The position numbers were made by a program, and so were the translations under genes. Below, piece by piece: positions 1-8,928 of a DNA stretch of 64,000 bases. Every line of letters begins with the position of its first letter. Within the stretch, counting starts at the first letter, position 1. The notes under the pieces are model-generated. The model was not told the DNA's origin. It saw nothing but the letters and a program-made list of their open reading frames with translations, and ran no database searches. Source of the stretch: Candidatus Lloydbacteria bacterium RIFCSPHIGHO2_02_FULL_50_18 (lineage in GTDB: Bacteria; Patescibacteriota; Minisyncoccia; Phycocordibacterales; UBA6899); NCBI GenBank assembly GCA_001821395.1, contig MHLM01000004.1:1-64000 (forward strand). Reading direction: 5' to 3'.

Positions 1-917
1 TCACGCAATGCGTCTTCAAGCGCACGTACTTCTTGTTCCTGACTTTGCAGGTGCAGAAGCGAATGTTTTTTGCGCTCTGCAACAAATGTATGCGCAAGCT
101 CGTCGAGACTCTCCGGGTTAAGGTCCAATGATTGATCTCTATCTCCAACGTCCGGTTCGCCTCCTTTTATCCAGCCATTGATGGCAAGCGCGATGGTCTT
201 TCGAAAGATCAAGAGTGCCGCTGTCTCACCAAGCCCATAGAGACTGAAGGGGTCAAAAAGTATGTAGATATTGTTTCCAATGATCTGCACGACGTCATGG
301 TCTCCATCGGAAAGAATGATACCTCGCTTTACTCCAGGGATGAGGCAGCCATAAAGGCGTCCATCTATTTCAACGGGAACATCGAATATGGTTTCGGGAT
401 TGATGGACTCAAACCTTGGTACGGGCAAGCACTCGGCAAAAATATGGAGGACATCCTCTCTGACTTTGATCGGTGAATGGAATGCCGACGGGAGCCGTTG
501 GTGAAGGATGATGCTCATCCCACCGAGGACATTTGTCGCAACTGCTTTGAGATTGTCTAAAAAAAGCGCGCTAAGTATTTCTTGCCCATCTCCCGGCTTC
601 GCCTTTTTGATCTGCACATCAGGGGGTGGTTCAGCTATCTGTGCACTTCCGTTCTTCGGTGAGAAAAACGGATAAATGCGATCACCAATGCGGCACTCCG
701 TGTCCCTTGGAATAGAATGTTTATCGATGAATGCCAAGAGGCGGTCATGAGTAAAGATGCAGACGGGGAGGGCGAATTTTTCACCGCCGAGAATGACCTC
801 GCCCATGATCTCTGATTCAATGATGGTCGCACCTGCTTTTGTGAGCAACTCCCGCGTCGAGAATGGTGCACAAAAATGTTCAGGGGGTTTTGTGCTCGAT
901 TTCGAACGTGATGCCAT
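1..917 (-). CDS. hypothetical protein (gene continues past the left window edge; start codon at 917)
   Basis: Read by hand on the minus strand as a stop-free frame of >300 codons starting ATG at 917..915 with GGAG 8 nt upstream; absent from the ORF track only because it runs off the window; no family recognised. Confidence 0.55.
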   Translation of the reverse strand, partial: MASRSKSSTKPPEHFCAPFSTRELLTKAGATIIESEIMGEVILGGEKFALPVCIFTHDRLLAFIDKHSIPRDTECRIGDRIYPFFSPKNGSAQIAEPPPDVQIKKAKPGDGQEILSALFLDNLKAVATNVLGGMSIILHQRLPSAFHSPIKVREDVLHIFAECLPVPRFESINPETIFDVPVEIDGRLYGCLIPGVKRGIILSDGDHDVVQIIGNNIYILFDPFSLYGLGETAALLIFRKTIALAINGWIKGGEPDVGDRDQSLDLNPESLDELAHTFVAERKKHSLLHLQSQEQEVRALEDALR

Positions 918-1194
918 AAGGTTTCTCCTGTGTATCAATGAGCGTTTGTCTAGACACAGTTCTGCACTAAAAACGAGAAGAAGTCAAGGGGTACTCCAGC
1001 GCCGTTTTGTTCTTGTGAGTAAGAAAAAACGCCCTATTTGTAAGGTTAAACGTGTAATTATACCAGGAGCATATTGAGGGATGGAATGAGTTTTTTTGGT
1101 AAACGAATTTCAGTAATCGCGGTTGTTTTTGTACTTACTTTCTTTATACTGTACGCAGTTGTCCCGTGAGTCCTAAGTGAATGGAGGTTTTGAG

Positions 1195-1500
1195 ATGATA
1201 TCGCCCATCGCGATTGTTAAATGTATGTATCCCGGATGCGGCAAGTGGATCGCAGGGCACCCGAAGCGCCAGTTCTGTAATGCGCATAGCAAAAAATTGC
1301 TTGAAGTGGCGAAGAGGCAATGTGAGAATGATCCACTCTTTCCGCCCCCACCGTTAGCCGGTCGACCTCCCACCCCAGAGCAAAACAGAGAAGCATCACC
1401 TCCTACCGAAACCCCCGTGCACCGGCGCGTACGGAGTGTCCATCAGCGACAGATCGAGGTATTGAAGCGAAAGATCGCAAGGAAAGCCCATGAACCATGA
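1195..1500 (+). CDS. small Cys/His-rich zinc-ribbon-like protein
   Basis: ATG at 1195 preceded by GGAGG (1181-1185); CPGCGK...CNAH motif; Pro-rich C-terminus. Confidence 0.4.
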   Translation: MISPIAIVKCMYPGCGKWIAGHPKRQFCNAHSKKLLEVAKRQCENDPLFPPPPLAGRPPTPEQNREASPPTETPVHRRVRSVHQRQIEVLKRKIARKAHEP

Positions 1501-1576
1501 TAGAGATCCGTACACGATCGTGTGCGGTTTTTTGTTTGTGGCCGATACGTATATCGTGTATTCAGTGATAGGTAAA

Positions 1577-1602
1577 AGTGCGCAGCATACTTGCTGCGCA
1601 CT
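1577..1602. terminator. bidirectional rho-independent terminator hairpin between convergent small genes
   Basis: Perfect 11-bp inverted repeat agtgcgcagca / tgctgcgcact with 4-nt loop, A-run upstream and T-rich downstream. Confidence 0.5.
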
Positions 1603-1620
1603 GTTCGTTGCGGGGGTTGA

Positions 1621-1851
1621 TCAATTAACTGCCCCGCCGAATGCCTTTTTGTAACAATTGTCGATGGCCCCGGTCACAGCCGTGAGTTCGCTTGCATTAA
1701 GGCAAGTACTCTTTGTTCCTGTCATGTGAGACGCGCTTGCCGTTGCACAACAGAGCCCGTTTTCATCGATGGCTGAAGTCATCTCAACAGTGACGCCACA
1801 GAGAGCAGCGGAAGCAATGGCTTCTGCGATTTTTGCACGATCGGTTTTCAT
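1621..1851 (-). CDS. small cysteine-rich protein (6 Cys in 76 aa), function unknown
   Basis: Complete ORF; spaced Cys pattern reminiscent of Cys-rich four-helix-bundle metal-binding proteins; low certainty. Confidence 0.35.
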   Translation of the reverse strand: MKTDRAKIAEAIASAALCGVTVEMTSAIDENGLCCATASASHMTGTKSTCLNASELTAVTGAIDNCYKKAFGGAVN

Positions 1852-2086
1852 GATGGATCCTTTCGAAGTGCGATGATTGGGTGATTGTCCGTAATGAATA
1901 TAGCATGCTTTTGACTTAAAGTCAATAGCTACGCATACGAGAGATGGCGGGGGAGGTCACAGATAATTTCCTCGCCGTCGCTCGGAAATTTCCGCGACCC
2001 CGACTCGCCGTTTTTTCTGCTGAAAAAACATGGCTCCGTCTTTCGCCCCCTTCGCAACTTGCAGTTGCTCCATCTCCACAATAATA

Positions 2087-2121
2087 AAAAACACCCTTAC
2101 GGGCGTCTTTTTATTATTGTG
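2087..2121. promoter_or_regulatory. 14-bp perfect AT-rich inverted repeat (cacaataataaaaa / tttttattattgtg) with 7-nt spacer, upstream of the Z1 ATPase gene
   Basis: Read directly; lies in the non-coding leader of the island. Confidence 0.4.
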
Positions 2122-2313
2122 GACACCCTGTCGGCAATTTGGAACCAGCTCGAAAGCTACGTCCTGCGCTCATACGAGCTCATAAAAGGCTCTGGTATCA
2201 CGATGGCGCCCAGAGAAATGGCCGCATAGTCTCACATACCGGTAATACAACCACTACAGAAATGAAGGGGTGGCGCGTAGTAGGCCTCGCTGTTCCTTGA
2301 GTGTCAAAAGGTC

Positions 2314-2319
2314 TATAAT
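2314..2319 (+). promoter_or_regulatory. candidate -10 box TATAAT only 6 nt before the Z1 start codon (near-leaderless transcript)
   Basis: TATAAT at 2314-2319, ATG at 2326; no convincing -35 at 17-bp spacing. Confidence 0.3.
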
Positions 2320-2325
2320 TGGGGC

Positions 2326-4413
2326 ATGATAACCAATGGTGAATTTTTTAACGCTACCCTTGAAGCCCTTGATTTTGAGGGTGACGACCAGCAAAGGCGT
2401 GACACCGAAGCCAATGCCGGCAACATAGTCCAAGCGGTCATGACCGCTTACGGTGCGCCGGCGGGAGGGGTTATTGACCCCACCTCAACACCCACACCTC
2501 CTCCTGTCGGACTAGTCTACGGACGTATTCAAAGCGGTAAGACTCGAGCGATGATCGCCAGTACTGCTCTTGCATTCGATAACGGTTTCCGCATTTCGGT
2601 CGTTATGACCAGCAATATAAATGATCTGGTGACACAGACGCATGGAGACTTTACGAGCGGCCTTCATGGTGTGATGACCTTCACAAAAGATGATGATCTT
2701 GGGCGTGAGGTTGAGAATGTGAAGATGCAGATGGAAAGAGGCAATGGACGCCTACTCATTGTCTGTTCTAAAGGGGCGGGAAGCCTTCAGAACGTCTCTA
2801 CTTTTCTAACCAACATTGGAGCCGGTGAGTACCCCGCAATCATCTTCGACGATGAAGGAGACCAGGCGTCTCTCGACACGAACACAGCAAGGCGCGCTCG
2901 AGGCGAAGTCGCCATAGACCCCAGTACGATAAATCGCATCATTCAGAATAATCTCAAGGGTGCTTTGATTCGTCACGTCTACGTTAGTGTTACGGGGACG
3001 CCTCAAGCTGTACTTCTCCAGAGTGTTGGGTCAACACACCGCGCTTCGTTTATCACAATGCTACCTCCCGGCAGGTCATACATTGGAGGCGATCACTTTT
3101 TCAGCACAGGTGAACCGGAGGACAATCCTGATCGTCTAATCGAAATTGTTGAGCACGATGAGAAGGATCAGCTCCTAAATATGGACGCTATCGTGCCTGA
3201 TGGATTAAGGCACTCGATACTCTTTTTCCTTGTTTCAGCCTCTGCCGCGATTCTAACAATAGGCCCCAAATCGAAAGGATATGCGCATCTATCTCACCCG
3301 AGTCTTCGGAACAATGAACAGGAGTGTGCTGAAACGCGTATAAACGTGTTCCTGGCTGAAGTCGCTTCAGCATTATTTGAGGAAGGAGAAACTGAGATTG
3401 AGAGAGAGCTACGAGCGGCCTATGAGAATCTCCGTACGACACTAGGAGATGAGACTCCTGACTTCGCCGATGTGGTAGAGACCATCAAGAAGCAACTCGC
3501 AACGAGAAAGATTCTTGTGATAAACGCAAAGGTAAAGAGACAAGGTATTGCATACGGTCCCGGCCTAAACTTCTTAATCGGCGGTAACACTTTAGGGCGA
3601 GGTATTGCGGTAAAGAACTTGCTCGTAACCTACTACGTTCGGGATGCCCGAGTGTCACAAATAGATACAATGCACCAGCATGCCCGAATGTATGGGTATC
3701 GGTTGGCGACGTTAAAGCACACTAGGCTCTTTATCCCTAGACATCTTTACTACCGCTTCAGGGATATACACGAAAGTGATACGGATCTACGGGCATTCAT
3801 CGAGGCTCACAAGGATCAGCTACCAGGCTCGTTTCCAGTTGAATATACTGAGGAGCTTCGCACGACTCGGGGGAACGTTCTTGATGTGAACAACATGGAT
3901 GCCTTGCGTCCAAGGATGCATGTGTTCCCAAATTACGTAATAGTCCCTCAAGCTGTGAGGGGCTATGAACAAACTATCGAAAGAATGCGAGCGCGGTTTG
4001 TGCTTCCTACTGCAACAGAGCATGAGCTTGCCGCCGCGTATCCTGATGGACTGGAAATAAGTAAGGATGAAGCGATTGAATTAGCAACAGGCATCAAGAC
4101 TCATTCAAAGAATACATGGAGGGATAAGACCATCGCTGTCGTTATTGGAAAAGTCGCGGCACATTACAATGATCGAGTACTCCTTCGTTTTCGAACAGCG
4201 AACAGAACGGTGGGTGTCGATGGATTTATCTCGACGGGAGCAGTCTCCGGTGATGAACTCCGCACAGCACGCGATGGAGCAATCCCAACCCTATGGATCA
4301 TGTCGGTAACGACAAGAGGTGGAGACGGGGTTCCCGCAGGAGAACGTTTTATGTACCCAACATTCATCATCCCCGAGAACTTCCCTCGACTGTTCATGTT
4401 CAATCGTGGATAA
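2326..4413 (+). CDS. Z1-domain-like SF2/P-loop NTPase, putative restriction/defence component partnered with the adjacent cytosine methyltransferase
   Basis: Walker A GRIQSGKT, DEAD-like DDEGD, TGTP and helicase motif-VI-like HQHARMYGYR; immediately upstream of a Dcm-type MTase. Confidence 0.75.
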   Translation: MITNGEFFNATLEALDFEGDDQQRRDTEANAGNIVQAVMTAYGAPAGGVIDPTSTPTPPPVGLVYGRIQSGKTRAMIASTALAFDNGFRISVVMTSNINDLVTQTHGDFTSGLHGVMTFTKDDDLGREVENVKMQMERGNGRLLIVCSKGAGSLQNVSTFLTNIGAGEYPAIIFDDEGDQASLDTNTARRARGEVAIDPSTINRIIQNNLKGALIRHVYVSVTGTPQAVLLQSVGSTHRASFITMLPPGRSYIGGDHFFSTGEPEDNPDRLIEIVEHDEKDQLLNMDAIVPDGLRHSILFFLVSASAAILTIGPKSKGYAHLSHPSLRNNEQECAETRINVFLAEVASALFEEGETEIERELRAAYENLRTTLGDETPDFADVVETIKKQLATRKILVINAKVKRQGIAYGPGLNFLIGGNTLGRGIAVKNLLVTYYVRDARVSQIDTMHQHARMYGYRLATLKHTRLFIPRHLYYRFRDIHESDTDLRAFIEAHKDQLPGSFPVEYTEELRTTRGNVLDVNNMDALRPRMHVFPNYVIVPQAVRGYEQTIERMRARFVLPTATEHELAAAYPDGLEISKDEAIELATGIKTHSKNTWRDKTIAVVIGKVAAHYNDRVLLRFRTANRTVGVDGFISTGAVSGDELRTARDGAIPTLWIMSVTTRGGDGVPAGERFMYPTFIIPENFPRLFMFNRG

Positions 4414-4464
4414 GTTGCGTCATTGCCCCTCGAGTTTTTCCCCGATTAGTTCTATAATTCATAC

Positions 4465-5568
4465 ATGTCATCAAGACGTGCTAATAAATCAAAAGATATA
4501 AAAGTTGTTGACCTGTTCTGCGGTGTTGGAGGGCTGACACACGGTCTCATTCTTGAAGGATTGGATGTGGTTGCGGGTGTAGACAATGACGTCTCCTGCC
4601 AGTTCGCATTCGAACAAAATAACTCATCAAAGTTTATATACAAAGACGTTTCAAAGTTCTCGTCGAAGGAGCTGGAGGAACTATACGGGGATGCACCTGT
4701 GAAAGTATTAGTTGGTTGCGCTCCGTGCCAACCATTTTCGGCAATAAGTAAATCAAAGGCCATCGGAAAGGATGATGACCGTAATCGATGGGCACCGTTG
4801 TACCGGTTCATAAAACTTATACAGGACACAAAACCGGATGTGGTCTCAATGGAGAACGTTCCCGATCTTTGTAATACCAAAAAGTATCCGGTCTTCGCTG
4901 ACTTCCTGAAGTCTTTATCGGTGGCGGGATATAACGTCTCATATAAGGTTGTGGACGTTTCAAGGTATGGCGTGCCGCAGAAGAGGAGAAGGATGGTTTT
5001 GCTCGCATCTCGTCTGGGAGAAATTAGTCTCATTCCAGAGACGCACGATAAAACTAACGTCGTTACCGTACGAGAAACAATTGGACACTTGGAAAATTTA
5101 AAGGATGGTGAGGTTCATAAGCTCGATGTCCTACACCGTTCAAGCAGGTTGAGTGAGATGAATAAGAGGCGAATTATTGCCACACCAAAGAATGGCGGTA
5201 GCGCAAAGAGTTGGAGCGATGACCTGATGCCTGATTGTTTCAAGCGGGATAGTGGTAAGTCATACATGACGACTGTCTATGGAAGAATGAGGTGGGACGA
5301 TGCTTCTCCTACGATAACAACACACTGCACTACGTTAGGTGCTGGTCGGTATGGTCACCCAAAACAAAACCGAGCAATCTCTCTTCGTGAAGCCGCCTTG
5401 CTTCAAAGCTTTCCTGAGTATTATCAATTTGATCCGCCTGAAAAAATTTCGATGGTTAAGACAGCGAGACATATCGGAAATGCTGTCCCAGTTCAATTGG
5501 GCCGAGTAATCGGTGAAAGTATTAAAAGGCATATCGAAACTCATAGGGCTACAGCCCGGAGGAAGTAG
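4465..5568 (+). CDS. DNA (cytosine-5)-methyltransferase
   Basis: Motif I DLFCGVGG, motif IV GCAPCQPFS, motif VI ENVPDL, motif VIII QKRRRMVLL, motif X region ISLREAALLQSFPEYY. Confidence 0.9.
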   Translation: MSSRRANKSKDIKVVDLFCGVGGLTHGLILEGLDVVAGVDNDVSCQFAFEQNNSSKFIYKDVSKFSSKELEELYGDAPVKVLVGCAPCQPFSAISKSKAIGKDDDRNRWAPLYRFIKLIQDTKPDVVSMENVPDLCNTKKYPVFADFLKSLSVAGYNVSYKVVDVSRYGVPQKRRRMVLLASRLGEISLIPETHDKTNVVTVRETIGHLENLKDGEVHKLDVLHRSSRLSEMNKRRIIATPKNGGSAKSWSDDLMPDCFKRDSGKSYMTTVYGRMRWDDASPTITTHCTTLGAGRYGHPKQNRAISLREAALLQSFPEYYQFDPPEKISMVKTARHIGNAVPVQLGRVIGESIKRHIETHRATARRK

Positions 5569-5818
5569 ATTCAGCTCGCCTAAAAAGGTAGAATGAAGGT
5601 GTCACATCCTGTGACCACATAGCCTAAACCAGGAGCAATCCTGGCATGGCCACATAAATCCTACGCGACAGAAGCGGCCTCATAGGTCGGCTCTACTCGC
5701 GTAGGTCAGGTGTCCCGAAAGGGCCCTGGGTAATGCCCGAAAGGGTGTTATCGCCGATTCTGTGGGGCCACTTCTGTACCTACAGCTTCGGGATTATCAG
5801 AAAACCTACGCGAACAAT

Positions 5819-6325
5819 ATGAGAAATTCTCACCGGGGATTCATCCCTCTGGTGGCAATCATCCTACTCGGCCTAGTGGCTGTGGGTGGAGGGGTGGTTG
5901 CGACCATATCACTTAAGGGGCACGAAAGGGCTCCTGCTTCACCCGAGCAAATCGATTCTTTGGCCCCTGTTGCGGCACGTGTCGAGAGTTCTGCCACCAC
6001 TACGACAAGTACGAGCCCGGCGGGCACTAAGCCACCCGTTGAACAGATTGAGGTAGTGACCGAAAAGCAGGTCGTTTTAGATACAAAATCCAAGGAGATC
6101 TGCGACCAAATCGCCTCGGTTCAAATCGATACCTCCAAGCAGTCCCTTGTTGAGGACATGAGAGTGCTCTGTGAGCTGATCGATAAAGGGCGCTATCAGG
6201 AGGGAGAGGAGCTTGATACGGCAACCACACGACTACATGAGAAGTGGGAGTTGTGGCTCAAGGTCCAAACGGCCCAAGAATCAGCAGAAAGCAGGGCCCA
6301 GGACATAGAAAACGGTACCAGATAG
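5819..6325 (+). CDS. membrane-anchored hypothetical protein (single N-terminal TM, Ser/Thr-rich linker, acidic C-domain)
   Basis: Track ORF 5762..6325 starts with GTG; ATG at 5819 gives MRNSHRG + TM helix; island cargo. Confidence 0.45.
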   Translation: MRNSHRGFIPLVAIILLGLVAVGGGVVATISLKGHERAPASPEQIDSLAPVAARVESSATTTTSTSPAGTKPPVEQIEVVTEKQVVLDTKSKEICDQIASVQIDTSKQSLVEDMRVLCELIDKGRYQEGEELDTATTRLHEKWELWLKVQTAQESAESRAQDIENGTR

Positions 6326-6335
6326 CCTCACACAT

Positions 6336-6445
6336 CGAATTACAGCGAATTAAAATAGGGGTCTTGGACCGAATTAAACCGAATTAAATACGGGGGTCTG
6401 GAGCGGATCAAAGCGAATTAAATCGAGGGGTATGGAATGCGCCGG
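6336..6445. repeat. iteron-like array: five CGAATTA(AA) copies, three followed by a G-run and TCTGGA-like tail
   Basis: cgaatta at 6336, 6346, 6370, 6380, 6414, read directly; just upstream of the recombinase operon. Confidence 0.5.
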
Positions 6446-6704
6446 AAACTGAAAAAATACGAGAGATCGTTATCCACAAGGGTGGCACAGGTGTGCAACC
6501 TTGTGCGATTTGTGCAGAAGCATAAACTAAAGAGGTACCTATCTGGTTAAACCAGATTAGTCTCGGAGTAAGACCCGGGCTAAACACTGAGGCTGGGAAC
6601 CTCGCTAGGCAGGGATCATCGAGAGGCTGCCATTTCATCTCACGAACGTGGGGTGCGATGGCAGTCTCTTTGCTGTTAAGCATCACACGCCGTGCACACA
6701 CGGC

Positions 6705-6884
6705 ATGCTATCTCTCGAAGAATGTAAGAAACACATACGAAGTCTGGACTTACCTGATGATGAGGTCGAAAAAATCAGGGACCTTTTGTATGCCTTTGTG
6801 GAAAGAACGCTGGACTATGGCCTTGAAAAAGGCATGTTTGTTGTTGCACATAAGCCATGTCATCCAACCGATCAAGAAAACTAG
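6705..6884 (+). CDS. possible small acidic protein upstream of / overlapping the recombinase start (excisionase/regulator-like by position only)
   Basis: Inner ATG of track ORF 6648..6884; charged helical-looking sequence; overlaps the recombinase start by 28 nt. Confidence 0.25.
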   Translation: MLSLEECKKHIRSLDLPDDEVEKIRDLLYAFVERTLDYGLEKGMFVVAHKPCHPTDQEN

Positions 6885-8458
6885 ATTCAAGCTCAGCACT
6901 AATCTATTGCCGAGTCTCCTCGGATCGCCAGGCGAAAGAGGGTCATGGACTCGATAGTCAGGAGCATCGATGTCGCGAGTACGCGAAGTCGAAGAGTTAT
7001 GAAGTGGAAGACGTATTTACCGATACCTTCAGTGGCGGCGGTGATTTCTTGAAACGGCAAGGCATGGTCGCGTTACTACATTACATAGATAAGCACCCGC
7101 ATAGAAACTATGTTGTGGTCTTCGACGACTTAAGCCGATTTGCTCGAGATGTCGCGGCTCATATAAGGCTTCGACAAGAGTTTGATAAAAGAGACACAAA
7201 GATTGAGTGCCCAAACTTCACGTTTGAAGATACGCCAGAGGGTGAATTGGTGGAGAACATTATGGCGGCACAGAATCAGTACCACAGGAAAAGCAACAGG
7301 AGACAGGTAATTCAGAAGATGAAAGCTCGACTTGAGAAGGGGTATTGGCCTCACTATCCGCCACCGGGCTACAAGCAAGCGAACGATCCAGTACACGGTA
7401 AGCTCCTAAAACCAATAGAGCCTCGGGCAAGCATAATCAGAGAAGCCTTTGAAGGGTTTGCTTCTGATCGCTTCATGACTCAGACCGACGTCATGTACTT
7501 CCTACGAGGGACTGAATATAACAATGGCAGACCTGTTTACGTGGAAGGAGTCAGGCGTCTGCTCCGCCGGGTGGTATATGCCGGTTATGTCGAGCGTGAG
7601 GAATGGGATGTGTCGAGACGTAAGGGACAGCATGAAGCACTGATTAGTTTGGAAGTGTTCGAAAAAGTCCAAGCAAAGCTCGATGGCAAGTGTAGGGTGC
7701 GCACGCGGATAAGTGACAAACTCGACTTCGCACTGAGAGGCTCAATCCTGTGTCACGAGTGTAGGCGTCCACTAACGGGAAGCTGGAGCAGAGGGAGGAG
7801 CAAGATGTACCGATTCTACCGATGTAACACGCCGTCATGCGCGCGCTATAACAAGAGCCTCAATGGTGATTTCGTGGATGAGAGATTCAAAGTGTTACTT
7901 GAGTCTGCTGTACCGCGAGCAGAACTTCTTGAACTCACACGGGCGATTGCTCTAGACGTATGGTCAAAGAGAATTAAGACCATAGATGAGCGTCGGACAG
8001 AGCTCGAGAGGAAGCTCACTGAAACACGACGGCAGGTAGAGGTATTCTCAGACCGGATCGTCAGAGCAATAGACGAATCGATGGTTCGAGTGTACGAGGA
8101 GCAAATTGTCCGAATAAGGGAAGAGGGACTTCTCATCCAAGAACAACTGCAGAAACTCGGAGTATCAGCCTCGAGCTTTGAAACCGCACTTGAAGTGGTG
8201 ATGGGATTCCTAAAAGACCCAGTGTTCATATACGAAAATGGAGACATGAACGCAAAAAGACTAGTCCTAGGACTAGTCTTCGCGGAGAAATTGGCGTTCC
8301 ATCACAAGGATGGCTTTGAAACCGCTCAAAAGCCAATGTTAATCGGGCTATTTGAACAGATTCACACCAAGGATTCCCAAGATGTGGAGATGGCGGGGGC
8401 GAACCCGCGTCCAGCAGAGAAGAGTACAAAGATCTACGTGCGTAGGTTGTCTCATTGA
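6857..8458 (+). CDS. large serine recombinase (resolvase/invertase-type catalytic domain + recombinase and zinc-ribbon C-terminal region)
   Basis: N-terminal ALIYCRVSSDRQ catalytic serine motif; 533 aa; Cys cluster CHECRRPLTG...CNTPSC; coiled-coil C-terminus. Confidence 0.9.
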   Translation: MSSNRSRKLDSSSALIYCRVSSDRQAKEGHGLDSQEHRCREYAKSKSYEVEDVFTDTFSGGGDFLKRQGMVALLHYIDKHPHRNYVVVFDDLSRFARDVAAHIRLRQEFDKRDTKIECPNFTFEDTPEGELVENIMAAQNQYHRKSNRRQVIQKMKARLEKGYWPHYPPPGYKQANDPVHGKLLKPIEPRASIIREAFEGFASDRFMTQTDVMYFLRGTEYNNGRPVYVEGVRRLLRRVVYAGYVEREEWDVSRRKGQHEALISLEVFEKVQAKLDGKCRVRTRISDKLDFALRGSILCHECRRPLTGSWSRGRSKMYRFYRCNTPSCARYNKSLNGDFVDERFKVLLESAVPRAELLELTRAIALDVWSKRIKTIDERRTELERKLTETRRQVEVFSDRIVRAIDESMVRVYEEQIVRIREEGLLIQEQLQKLGVSASSFETALEVVMGFLKDPVFIYENGDMNAKRLVLGLVFAEKLAFHHKDGFETAQKPMLIGLFEQIHTKDSQDVEMAGANPRPAEKSTKIYVRRLSH

Positions 8459-8775
8459 TTTCATGTCGTAAGGGCTAGGCAAACAAAACCTTACGAGCAC
8501 TACTCCCTTAGTTTTCGTTATCGTATTCGGGTACTACGATTCTTATCCTGAAAATATGACACGAAGGATGGGCCTATCAGGCGTACTCCCGCTTCGCGCC
8601 GTCTACTTAAGCGTAGGCGAAAGCGAAATTGTTGGCCTTAAAGTAAGGCGTCGCAATTCCACCGGTGCTTTTCTTGGCACTTTCAAGTTGTTCGCGTGAT
8701 TTACGAGACTACGAACATGCTCGGCACGCACGATATACTACTTCTTCCACTGTCGAAACATTTCATCCCCCTAAA

Positions 8776-8797
8776 TCATCCCGCTGCGGGATGATCG
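8776..8797. repeat. palindrome atcatcccgc-tg-cgggatgat
   Basis: Read directly. Confidence 0.4.
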
Positions 8798-8893
8798 GGC
8801 GAACAATTTGTCTGACAAATTGTTTTAGCCAACATCATCCAACAGCAAAATTTGTTCGGGCGAACATTTTTGTTGGACAAAAATGTTTTAGCC
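8797..8893. repeat. two tandem ~35-bp units GGGCGAAC-[11-bp perfect palindrome arms around central TG]-TTTAGCC, 61 bp apart; candidate att/operator sites
   Basis: Unit 1 8797-8830 (aacaatttgtc t gacaaattgtt); unit 2 8858-8893 (aacatttttgt tg gacaaaaatgtt). Confidence 0.5.
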
Positions 8894-8928
8894 GTAAACA
8901 AACCCATTAAATATGTCTGCATATTTTA

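Noticed and set aside
132-476. Track ORF 132..476 (+), 114 aa
   Set aside because: Lies antisense inside a much longer stop-free minus-strand frame (1..917) that has a proper RBS; likely a shadow ORF
2297-2319. Full sigma-70 promoter upstream of the Z1 gene
   Set aside because: TATAAT is present but the best -35-like hexamer (TTGAGT) is only 11 bp away; reported the -10 element alone at low confidence
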